From Gemmatimonadales bacterium (GTDB lineage: Bacteria > Gemmatimonadota > Gemmatimonadetes > Gemmatimonadales > GWC2-71-9), in NCBI GenBank assembly GCA_036007005.1, contig DASYPD010000071.1:1-27275 (forward strand): DNA of 27,275 nt, in the 5' to 3' direction. Within the stretch, counting starts at the first letter, position 1. Every line of letters starts with the position of its first letter. The translations under genes and the position numbers were made by a program. The notes under the pieces are model-generated. The model was not told the DNA's origin and searched no databases. It saw only the letters and a program-made list of their open reading frames with translations. This document shows, one piece after another, positions 7,820 through 16,192 of this stretch.

Positions 7820-10135
7820 TCACGGGGCGACCGGCGCCGGCGATCGCAGCTGGTAGTTGGCGGGCGGCTCCGCGCCCAGCAGATTCCGGACGAAATAGTC
7901 CCAGCGGCGGCGGATCATGTAGGGCTCGCCGCCAAAGCCGTGGCCGCGGTTGGGCAGCAGCAGCAGGTCGAAGTCCTTGTTCGCCTTGACCAGCTCGTTC
8001 ACCACCAGCAGGGTGTTGTAGGGTGGGACGTTGGTATCGAGCGTCCCATGCACGATCAGCAACTTGCCCTTGAGGTTGCGGGCAAGATTCTGATTCGCCT
8101 GATTGTCGTAGCTGTCGCCGCCGGCCCCGCGGGTGAGCAGCCCCTGCCACTTCTCTCCCCAGTCGTCCTCGTATTCCCGCTGGTCGTGGTTGCCCGCCTC
8201 TGAGATCGCCACCTTGAAGAAGTCGGGATAGCGCAGGATCGCGTCGGCCGCCGCGTAGCCGCCGCCCGAGTGGCCCCAGATGCCGGTGCGATCGAGGTCG
8301 ATCCAGGGGTACCGCGCGGCGAGCTGCTGCATTCCGGCGACCTGATCGGGGAGCGTGTTATCTCCCATGTTGCCGTAGTAGGCGGCGTGGAACGACTTGG
8401 AGCGCAGCGGCGTGCCCATGCCGTCGAGCTGGACGACGACAAAGCCGAGCTCGGCGAGCGCGCGGTGATCGCTTCGCGTGGGGGAGAAGCTCCGGCTGCC
8501 GACGCTGCCGGTCTGGGGGCCGGGATAGATGTAATTGATGATCGGGTACTTGCGGGTCGAATCGAAATTGCTGGGCCGGTAGAGCAGCCCGTAGAGATCG
8601 GTCCTGCCGTCGCGCGCCTTCACGCTGAAGGGCAGCGGCGGGGTCCAGCCCGTGGCGACGAGCCGCGAGATATCCGCCCGTTCGAGCGCGAGGACCAGCT
8701 TGCCCCGGGCCTCGCGCAGCACGCTGGTGGGCGGCAGCTCCGGACGCGAGTAGCTGTCGGTGAAAAAGCGGCCGTCGGGAGCGAGGGTAATGTCGTGGTC
8801 GGCATCCTCGGGGGTGAGCAGGGTGAGGTGCTTTCCGTCCAGCCCGATGCGGTAGAAGTGGCGGAAGTAAGGGTCCCGTCCCGGCTCGCGGCCTACCCCG
8901 GTGAAGAAGAGAGTGCGGCCCTTCTCGTCCACGCGGGTTAAAGTGAGAACGTTCCAGGCGCCGCTGGTGAGCTGGGCCTTGAGCCGGCCGGTCTGAAGAT
9001 CGTAGAGATAGAGGTGGCCCCAATCGCTGCGCTGCGAATACCAGAGCAGCTCCTGGGTCTCCCAGAGCACGCGCCAGTTCCGGCTGGCGAAGCCCGATTC
9101 GAAGAACGTGGGCACGGTCTCGCTGAAGAGATCGCGCACCGCTCCGGTTTCCGCGTCGGCGATGCGGACGTCGGCACGCTTGTGGTCGCGCGAGGTGGAG
9201 ACGAAAACGAGGCGCGACGCATCCGGGCTCCACTCCACATCGGCGAAGACCCCGTCACAGGACACGTGATCGCAGGTGGTGGAGCGATGCGGGTCCGGTG
9301 GCAGCTGCAGCCGGACGACGCGGGGTGTGGCGCCGCTCAGGTCCAGCACCACGCGGTGAATCATCTGGATGACGCTGTCGCCGGGGAGCGGGTACTTCCA
9401 GGCCTGCAGCGAGGGATGGCCGACCCGGGTCTCCACGACGTACATCTCGCCGACGGCGCGCTCGTCCTGCTGGAACGTCGCGATCTTTCTGGAGTCGGGC
9501 GACCAGAGCAGCACGGGGCGGTCACTCCTGATCCAGCCCGCGTTGTCGGTCGCGTAGCCGAAATCCTTGACGCCGTCGCTGGTGAGCTGGGTCTCCGTGC
9601 CGCTCGGCTCCTCGCGCACCCAGAGGTTCTCGCCGCGGATGAAGGCGGCGCGCTTGCCGTCGGGGGAGAGCACGGAGTTGCGGCCGCCGGGGCTCCGTGC
9701 GGCGGCGACGCCGCTGCAGCGATCGCCGATCACCCCGCAGGTCCAGCGCCGGCCCGCGAGCTCGAAGCTGATGCTCTGCTTGTCGGCGGAGAATTCGAAG
9801 TCGCTGAAGGGAAGTCGCAACGAATCGTACGGGGTTCCCGCCGCGGCAGCGAGCGCTGCAGCGAGTTTCGCCTGGTCGAAGGCCCGGCCGCGGGTGCGCT
9901 GCAGCGGGTCCACCAGCATCAGCGCGGTTCCCCCCGGGATGCTGTTGCGGTACCAGAAGCGGCCGTCGGGCAGCCAGGTGGGACGGAGCGCCATGCCGAA
10001 GACGAGCGGTGCGGTGTTGTAGCCCATGAACTTCTCCGCCCGGGCGTAATCGGCGGCGGTCAACTGGGGACGCTGCTGCGCGGCTGCCGGCGGGGCGGCG
10101 ACGGCGAGCAGCAAGGCGACGGTCAGCGTGCGCAT
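7820..10135 (-). CDS. Secreted S9B-type dipeptidyl peptidase IV-like serine peptidase (propeller plus alpha/beta hydrolase)
   Basis: Signal MRTLTVALLLAVAAPPAAA, YPGP, nucleophile GHSGGG, HGTLD (Asp) and RGHGF (His). Alternative start at 10171. Confidence 0.92.
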   Translation of the reverse strand: MRTLTVALLLAVAAPPAAAQQRPQLTAADYARAEKFMGYNTAPLVFGMALRPTWLPDGRFWYRNSIPGGTALMLVDPLQRTRGRAFDQAKLAAALAAAAGTPYDSLRLPFSDFEFSADKQSISFELAGRRWTCGVIGDRCSGVAAARSPGGRNSVLSPDGKRAAFIRGENLWVREEPSGTETQLTSDGVKDFGYATDNAGWIRSDRPVLLWSPDSRKIATFQQDERAVGEMYVVETRVGHPSLQAWKYPLPGDSVIQMIHRVVLDLSGATPRVVRLQLPPDPHRSTTCDHVSCDGVFADVEWSPDASRLVFVSTSRDHKRADVRIADAETGAVRDLFSETVPTFFESGFASRNWRVLWETQELLWYSQRSDWGHLYLYDLQTGRLKAQLTSGAWNVLTLTRVDEKGRTLFFTGVGREPGRDPYFRHFYRIGLDGKHLTLLTPEDADHDITLAPDGRFFTDSYSRPELPPTSVLREARGKLVLALERADISRLVATGWTPPLPFSVKARDGRTDLYGLLYRPSNFDSTRKYPIINYIYPGPQTGSVGSRSFSPTRSDHRALAELGFVVVQLDGMGTPLRSKSFHAAYYGNMGDNTLPDQVAGMQQLAARYPWIDLDRTGIWGHSGGGYAAADAILRYPDFFKVAISEAGNHDQREYEDDWGEKWQGLLTRGAGGDSYDNQANQNLARNLKGKLLIVHGTLDTNVPPYNTLLVVNELVKANKDFDLLLLPNRGHGFGGEPYMIRRRWDYFVRNLLGAEPPANYQLRSPAPVAP

Positions 10136-10226
10136 GGCAGAGCTCGAGTTCCGGGAGGGGGATGGGGCCATCGAGGGAGCTGAATATGCCGGCGACGGAA
10201 TACGGCGGCAACGGGCGCGAGCCGAT

Positions 10227-10255
10227 TTGAGCGACGGGCCGGGACGCGGTAAGTT
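10227..10255 (+). promoter_or_regulatory. Putative sigma70-type promoter
   Basis: TTGAGC (10227-10232), 17 bp spacer, TAAGTT (10250-10255). It lies upstream of SD GGAGA and the ATG at 10291. Confidence 0.55.
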
Positions 10256-10290
10256 GGCCGGAGACTCACCCTCACCTCACGGAGAACGCC

Positions 10291-10704
10291 ATGCTGGGAA
10301 GCGAGCTGGGTACTTTGCGCGGGAAGGTCACGGGGCAGCGGGTGCTGCCCGCGGAAGGACCGGGTCCTCGAATGGAAGTGTCGTTCGAGCTGAGCGGGAC
10401 GCTGCTGGGGAAGAAGGTGACGATGCTGGGCACCTACTGGTCGCAGGTGCGGCCCGATGGCTCGCTCTACGGCGAGTGTCCCCGACAGGGCGTGCTCATG
10501 ACGCCGGCGGGCGAGATGGGCACGTGGACCGGCGCGGGCGTCGGGCAGTTTACGGGAAAAGGTTCGGCGGTGAGTTACCGGGGAGCGGTGTATTTCACCG
10601 TGGGAGGCAAGTCGCTGGCCCGGCTCGGCAAGATGGCGGTGGTGTACGAGTGGGAGATTGATGAACAGGGCAACGGAGAGGCACGCTTCACCGAGTGGAA
10701 ATAG
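10291..10704 (+). CDS. Conserved hypothetical beta-rich protein, 137 aa
   Basis: Has an SD and a promoter. Alternating beta-strand pattern (GKVTGQRVL, MEVSFELSG, GTYWSQVRPDGSLYG, WTGAGVG, VSYRGAVYF, VVYEWEIDE..EWK). No signal peptide. Confidence 0.8.
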   Translation: MLGSELGTLRGKVTGQRVLPAEGPGPRMEVSFELSGTLLGKKVTMLGTYWSQVRPDGSLYGECPRQGVLMTPAGEMGTWTGAGVGQFTGKGSAVSYRGAVYFTVGGKSLARLGKMAVVYEWEIDEQGNGEARFTEWK

Positions 10705-10713
10705 GAGCTCCCC

Positions 10714-13700
10714 ATGTCGAGTAGTCCCCGATCAATCGTCCTGACCCTGCTCGCCGGCCTCGGAGCTTTCGCGCCGGCCGGGGCGCAACCGGCGGCCCGC
10801 GCGCCGCGCGATCCGATGCAGGAAGGCCTGCCGCTCAAGCCGGCGCGCACGGCCTCGTTCACGACGAAGGTCGGAAGCTGGATGTCGCTGGACGTGAGCC
10901 CCGAGGGGCAGACCCTGGTCTTCGATCTGCTCGGCGATCTCTATACCCTGCCGATCTCGGGAGGAAAGGCGGTGCCGTTCACCCGCGGCATGGCGTTCGA
11001 CGCCCAGCCGAGGTTTTCGCCGGACGGGAAACGGATCGTGTTCGTGAGCGACCGCGATGGCGGCTGGAACGTCTGGACGATTTCGGTGGACAAGAAGGAC
11101 ACGGTGCAGGTTACCCGCGGGAAGACCAACGCCTACGAGTCTCCCGAGTTCACTCCCGACGGCAAGTTCATCGTCGTCACGCGCGGCAACAAGCTGTGGA
11201 TGTTCCATGTGGACGGCGGCCAAGGGCAGCGCATCATTCCGGCCCCGACCGCCGGCGCGGGAGCCGGCGGTCCCGGCGGCGGCAACCCGGCGGATGTGCT
11301 GCGCCAGACCGGCGCCGCGTTCGGTGCCGCGCCGCGCTTCATCTGGTTCGCGCAACGACGGGGCTCGTGGATCTACAACACTCCGATGAGCGACTACGAC
11401 CTGGCGGTGTACGACCGCGAGTCGGGGGAAACCAGCATCCGGGAAAACCGCTGGGGCTCGGCGTTCCGCCCGACGCTCTCGCCCGACGGGCACTGGTTGG
11501 TGTACGGCACGCGGCACCTCGATGAAACCAGGCTCCGGATCCGCGATCTCAAGTCCGGGGACGAGCGCTGGCTGGTCTATCCGGTGCAGCGCGACGATCT
11601 CGAGTCGCGCGCGACGCTCGACGTCTATCCGGGAATGAGCTTCACGCCGGATTCGAAGTCTCTGGTGGCGACCTGGAACGGGAAGCTCTGGAAGGTGCCG
11701 GCAGAGGCGGGTGCCCCCGTCGAGATCCCGTTCGAGGCCGAGGTGGTGCAGGCGCTGGGGCCGCACGTGGCATTCGATTATCGCATCAGCGACTCGGCGA
11801 CCTTCCCGATTAAGCAGATCCGCGACGCGGTGGCGTCGCCGGACGGTAAGCGGCTGGCGTTCGTGGCGCTCGACCGGCTCTACGAGATGAGCTGGCCCAA
11901 CGGCATCCCGAAGCGGATGACGAGCATGGAGGTAGGGGAATACCAGCCCGCTTGGAGTCCGGATGGGCAATGGATCGCCTACACGACGTGGAGCAACACG
12001 GAGGGTGGCTTTCTCTACAGGGTGCGGGGCGACGGAAGCGGCGCGCCGCAGAAGCTCACCACGGCCTCGGCGTTCTGGCAGCAGCCGGTATTTTCGCCGA
12101 CCGGAAGCCGGATCGTCGCGCTGCGCTCACCGGCGCGGTCGTTCCGCGAAGCGCTCGGAGGCGGGGGAGGGGGTGGCTCCCGGGATCTGGTGTGGCTGCC
12201 GGCCGCGGGGGGCGAAGCGGTTTTCATCGCGCCGGCGAGTGGCTTCTCGACCCCGCAATTCACGCACGACTCCACCCGCATCTATGCGTACGGCGGGGGG
12301 CGCGGGCTCCTCTCGATGCGCTGGGACGGGACCGAGGTGAAGAGTCATCTGCGGGTAACTGCTGGGGCGGTTGGGGGCGGTGGTGCTGGGGGCGGAGCCG
12401 CCTCGGCGGTGCTGATCTCGCCCGGCGGTGATGTCGCGCTCGCGCAAGTCAACAATGATCTGTACACGGTGACGATCCCCTGGATGGGGGGAGAGGAGCC
12501 GACCGTCAGCGTGGGAAATCCGGAGGGCGCGACGTTCCCGGTGCGCAAACTGACCGACATCGGAGGACAATTCCCCTCGTGGGGGGCCGACGGCAAGACG
12601 GTGCACTGGTCGATCGGAAACGCCCACGTGGTGTACGATCTCGAGCGGGCACGCGCGTTCGACGATTCGGTGCGGCGCGCTAACCCGCGGCGCGCCGGCG
12701 GGGGAGGAGCCGGTGGCGAGGGCGCGCGTGATACCACGGCCCAGGGCGATTCGGCTGCGCGGGCCGCCCGGCAGGCGCCGCAGTACCAGCCGGTGGAAGC
12801 ACGCATCCACCTCTCCGCCCCGCGGGATATTCCGCAGAGCTCGGCGGTGCTGCGCGGCGCGCGCGTCATCACGATGAAGGGCATGGAAGTCTTGGAGAAT
12901 GCCGACGTGGTGGTGGTGCATAACCGGGTCAGCGCGATCGGGAAGCGGGGCAGCGTCAGGGTGCCGGCCGGAGCGACGGTGATCGAGCTGAGCGGGAAGA
13001 CCATCATTCCCGGGTTTGTGGACACACATGGTCACCTGCGCCTCGCGGCGGGAATTCACCGGCAGCCGGTGTGGAGCTACGTGGCCAACCTGGCCTATGG
13101 CGTCACGACCTCGCGCGATCCGCAGACCGGCACGACCGATGTGCTCACCTACGAAGACGAGGTGAATGCGGGCCAGCTTCTCGGGCCGCGTATCTATTCG
13201 ACAGGGCCGGGGGTCTTTTCGGCGGAGGACATCCGCGACCTCGATCAGGCGCGGAAGGTGCTCAAGCGCTACAGCGACTACTACGACACCCACACCCTCA
13301 AGGAGTACCAGACCGGCAATCGCGAAGTACGCCAGTGGGTGATTCAGGCGGCCAACGAGCTGCACCTGATGCCGACCACCGAAGGCGGGCTCGACATCAA
13401 GATGAACATCACCGAGGCGATCGATGGATACAGCGGCCACGAGCATACGATCCCGACCTTCCCGCTGCAGGCCGATCTGATCCGGCTGCTGGCGGAATCG
13501 GGAATCACCTACACGCCGACCATCATCGTGGCCTACGGAGCTCCCTGGGGCGAAAACTACTGGTACGAGCACGAGGACCTGCTCAACGACGCCAAGCTCA
13601 AGCGGTTCACGCCGTGGAGCGATTTGGAGGAGAAGATCCTGCGGCGCGGCGGCTCGCCCAACGCCGTGACGACGGGGGCGAGCGCCGGCTGGTTCCACGA

Positions 13701-14103
13701 CAGCCAGTACGGGATGAAACTGATCGGAGAATCGATTCGGGACCTGGTCGCCGCGGGTGGCCACGCGGGGATCGGCTCGCACGGCCAATTACAGGGCCTG
13801 GGGTATCACTGGGAGCTCTGGATGGTGGGGATGGGCGGGATGAGTCCCCATGACGCGTTACGGGTCGCCACGATTCTCGGAGCCGAGTCCATCGGGTTAG
13901 GAAAAGACGTCGGATCGCTCGAGCCGGGCAAGCTGGCGGATCTAATCGTGCTGGACCGTAACCCGCTGCAGAACCTGCGGCACACCAGCACGATCCGGTA
14001 TGTGATGAAGAATGGGCGGCTCTACGACGGCAATACGCTGGACGAGGTCTATCCGCGGCGGCAGCAGGCGGAGCCGTTCTATTGGACCGCTGAGGACAAG
14101 TAA
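10714..14103 (+). CDS. Secreted amidohydrolase with N-terminal PD40/TolB-like beta-propellers, 1129 aa
   Basis: Signal peptide ending in AGA. Repeated SPDG/SPEG/TPDG propeller motifs. The amidohydrolase region has IIPGFVDTHGH, AYGVTT and GSLEPGKLADLIVLD. SD AGGAG overlaps the upstream stop. Confidence 0.9.
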   Translation: MSSSPRSIVLTLLAGLGAFAPAGAQPAARAPRDPMQEGLPLKPARTASFTTKVGSWMSLDVSPEGQTLVFDLLGDLYTLPISGGKAVPFTRGMAFDAQPRFSPDGKRIVFVSDRDGGWNVWTISVDKKDTVQVTRGKTNAYESPEFTPDGKFIVVTRGNKLWMFHVDGGQGQRIIPAPTAGAGAGGPGGGNPADVLRQTGAAFGAAPRFIWFAQRRGSWIYNTPMSDYDLAVYDRESGETSIRENRWGSAFRPTLSPDGHWLVYGTRHLDETRLRIRDLKSGDERWLVYPVQRDDLESRATLDVYPGMSFTPDSKSLVATWNGKLWKVPAEAGAPVEIPFEAEVVQALGPHVAFDYRISDSATFPIKQIRDAVASPDGKRLAFVALDRLYEMSWPNGIPKRMTSMEVGEYQPAWSPDGQWIAYTTWSNTEGGFLYRVRGDGSGAPQKLTTASAFWQQPVFSPTGSRIVALRSPARSFREALGGGGGGGSRDLVWLPAAGGEAVFIAPASGFSTPQFTHDSTRIYAYGGGRGLLSMRWDGTEVKSHLRVTAGAVGGGGAGGGAASAVLISPGGDVALAQVNNDLYTVTIPWMGGEEPTVSVGNPEGATFPVRKLTDIGGQFPSWGADGKTVHWSIGNAHVVYDLERARAFDDSVRRANPRRAGGGGAGGEGARDTTAQGDSAARAARQAPQYQPVEARIHLSAPRDIPQSSAVLRGARVITMKGMEVLENADVVVVHNRVSAIGKRGSVRVPAGATVIELSGKTIIPGFVDTHGHLRLAAGIHRQPVWSYVANLAYGVTTSRDPQTGTTDVLTYEDEVNAGQLLGPRIYSTGPGVFSAEDIRDLDQARKVLKRYSDYYDTHTLKEYQTGNREVRQWVIQAANELHLMPTTEGGLDIKMNITEAIDGYSGHEHTIPTFPLQADLIRLLAESGITYTPTIIVAYGAPWGENYWYEHEDLLNDAKLKRFTPWSDLEEKILRRGGSPNAVTTGASAGWFHDSQYGMKLIGESIRDLVAAGGHAGIGSHGQLQGLGYHWELWMVGMGGMSPHDALRVATILGAESIGLGKDVGSLEPGKLADLIVLDRNPLQNLRHTSTIRYVMKNGRLYDGNTLDEVYPRRQQAEPFYWTAEDK

Positions 14104-15014
14104 GGGCCCTTCTTCTTACGCCAGTACCGCGCCAGCCCCTGCCAGCATGCCTCGGGGCCGGCGCCCGCGAGGAGGTGCTGTGCCAGCGCCGCCGGGACGC
14201 GGCCGGCGATCCAGTCGACGAGCTGCCGCACGAACCAGCGGATCCGGTCGGCGTCGCTGCCTGGCAGCTCGAGGCTAACCCGCGCATATTCGGCCCAGGC
14301 GAGGAGCCCGGCGCGCAACTCGTCGCAATGCCGCACCGGATCGCCCGCCGGCCCGTAGTGGGTCAGCACGATCTCTCGGGGGCGCCAGGCCAGGATTCTG
14401 TCCAGCGAGCCGAGCCAGGCCTCGAGATCGAAATCGGGCGGCGGCGTGACCGGGAGCACGACGGGAAGTCGCGGCCCGAAGATCCCGGCGGTATCTCCTA
14501 CGAAGGCCACGCCGGTGGCCCGCTCGTAGTAGCTCACGTGATGCCAGGCGTGGCCCGGCGTGTAGGCCACCTCGATCTCTCGGTGCCCCAGCGAGAGCCG
14601 CTCTCCGCCTTGGAGCGCACGGACCCGGTCGAGAGGGACAGGCGCCACCTCGCCCCAGAGAGTCGCCATTCGATCGCCGTAGAGCCGCGTCGCACTGCTG
14701 AGCAACTTGCTGGGGTCCACGAGGTGAGGGGCCCCCGCTTCGTGCACGTAGACCCGGAGCTTCGGGTTCTCGCGCGCCAGGCTGCCGCTCGCCGCCGCGT
14801 GATCGAGATGGATATGGGTGAGCAGGAGCGCCGAAACATCCGCGAGGCTATGCCCCCGCGCTGCGAGCCCCGCGCGAAGGGTGGGGAGGGCGGAGGTGGG
14901 TCCCGGGTCGACGAGCAGCGGGCCGTCATCGCTCTCGAGCAGGCAGGCCGCCACCGATTGCGGCCGGCCTTGGTGCTCGAGGTCGATGATCGCATAGGGT
15001 GCCCCTGAAGCCAT
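14079..15014 (-). CDS. Metallo-beta-lactamase-fold hydrolase
   Basis: VDPGP, THIHLDH (HxHxDH), TPGHAWHH, VGD and LTHYG. Cytoplasmic, no signal peptide. Confidence 0.9.
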   Translation of the reverse strand: MASGAPYAIIDLEHQGRPQSVAACLLESDDGPLLVDPGPTSALPTLRAGLAARGHSLADVSALLLTHIHLDHAAASGSLARENPKLRVYVHEAGAPHLVDPSKLLSSATRLYGDRMATLWGEVAPVPLDRVRALQGGERLSLGHREIEVAYTPGHAWHHVSYYERATGVAFVGDTAGIFGPRLPVVLPVTPPPDFDLEAWLGSLDRILAWRPREIVLTHYGPAGDPVRHCDELRAGLLAWAEYARVSLELPGSDADRIRWFVRQLVDWIAGRVPAALAQHLLAGAGPEACWQGLARYWRKKKGPYLSSAVQ

Positions 15015-15016
15015 GT

Positions 15017-15046
15017 CTTATATATAAGGCGCCGCGGCGATAGCTT
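15017..15046. promoter_or_regulatory. Compact divergent promoter region with 12-bp perfect palindrome CTTATATATAAG
   Basis: Palindrome at 15017-15028 and TAGCTT (TAnnnT) at 15041-15046, 8 nt before the solA ATG. No SD precedes either flanking gene. Confidence 0.5.
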
Positions 15047-15054
15047 GCTGCCCC

Positions 15055-16161
15055 ATGACCCGGTTTGACGTCGGGATTGTGGGCTTGGGCGCGATGGGGA
15101 GTATGGCCGCGCGCGAGCTGGCGGCCCGCGGCAAGCGGGTTATCGGGTTCGATCGCTTCCATCCACCCCACCCCTTCGGCTCCTCTCACGGCAAGAGTCG
15201 CATCATCCGCGAGGCGTACTTCGAGCATCCGCAATACGTGCCGCTGGTCCAGCGGGCCTACGAGTGGTGGGCTCTCCTCGAGCGGCAGAGCGGCCGGAGC
15301 CTGCTCGTTCCCACCGGCGGGCTCATGATCGGCATGCCCGATGGCGCGCTGATCGGTGGCGCACGCCGCAGCGCGCTCGAGCACCGCCTGCCTTACGAGG
15401 AGTTCAGCGCGGCACAGGCGCGCGAGCGGTTTCCCTTGTTTCGGCTGGGGGAAGGCGAAGTGGGTTTGTTCGAGCCTAGAGCCGGCGTGCTGTTTCCCGA
15501 AGCGGCGCTGGAAGCCGCCTTGCAGCTCGCCGAGGCCGCGGGAGCGGAGCTGCATTTCGACGAGCCGGTCACCGCCTGGAGCGCCGGCGAGGGAATCACC
15601 CTGCGGACAGCGGCCCGCCACTGGGGGGTGGACCGGCTGATTCTCTCGGCGGGTGCCTGGCTCGCGAATGGAATCGCGCGCGCGCCGCTGCCGTTGCGCG
15701 TCGCGCGCCAGACCTTGTTCTGGTTCACCCCCGCGTCCGACGCGAGGGGGATCCCCGTGTTCATCTGGGAATGGGCACCGAACCAGCTGTTCTATGGATT
15801 TCCCGATCTGGGCGACGGGGTCAAGGTCGCCATCCATCATCAGGGCGAGGAGACCACTCCGGAGCAGGTGCGGCGCACGGTCTATCCCGACGAGGCCACC
15901 CGCTTGCGCGAGGTCATGGCGACACGGACCCCGCAACTGCTGGGCCCGCTGCGGGACAGCGCGGTCTGTTTGTACACCAACACCCCGGATGGCGATTTTC
16001 TGCTGGACCGCCACCCGGAAGATGGCCGCGTGTTAGTCTGCAGTCCCTGCTCGGGGCACGGCTTCAAGTTCGCCCCCACGATCGGCGAGGTGCTGGCCGA
16101 TCTGGTGGAGGACAAGCCACCGCGGTTCGATCTGTCGCCATTCCGTCTGAGCCGTTTCTAG
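15055..16161 (+). CDS. solA: Monomeric sarcosine oxidase / N-methyl-L-tryptophan oxidase family FAD oxidase
   Basis: GLGAMG Rossmann motif, SSHGKSRIIR, AVCLYT (Cys at the covalent-FAD position in this family) and CSGHGFKF. Confidence 0.88.
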   Translation: MTRFDVGIVGLGAMGSMAARELAARGKRVIGFDRFHPPHPFGSSHGKSRIIREAYFEHPQYVPLVQRAYEWWALLERQSGRSLLVPTGGLMIGMPDGALIGGARRSALEHRLPYEEFSAAQARERFPLFRLGEGEVGLFEPRAGVLFPEAALEAALQLAEAAGAELHFDEPVTAWSAGEGITLRTAARHWGVDRLILSAGAWLANGIARAPLPLRVARQTLFWFTPASDARGIPVFIWEWAPNQLFYGFPDLGDGVKVAIHHQGEETTPEQVRRTVYPDEATRLREVMATRTPQLLGPLRDSAVCLYTNTPDGDFLLDRHPEDGRVLVCSPCSGHGFKFAPTIGEVLADLVEDKPPRFDLSPFRLSRF

Positions 16162-16192
16162 CTAACCTCAGTCCGCCTTCTTCACGAAAGCA

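Noticed and set aside
12127-13788. Long antisense ORFs (553 aa here; also 9014-10183, 2912-3994, 16232-17392, 21798-23132 and others)
   Set aside because: They shadow well-supported genes on the opposite strand, lack recognisable motifs, and are expected in high-GC DNA where stop codons are rare.
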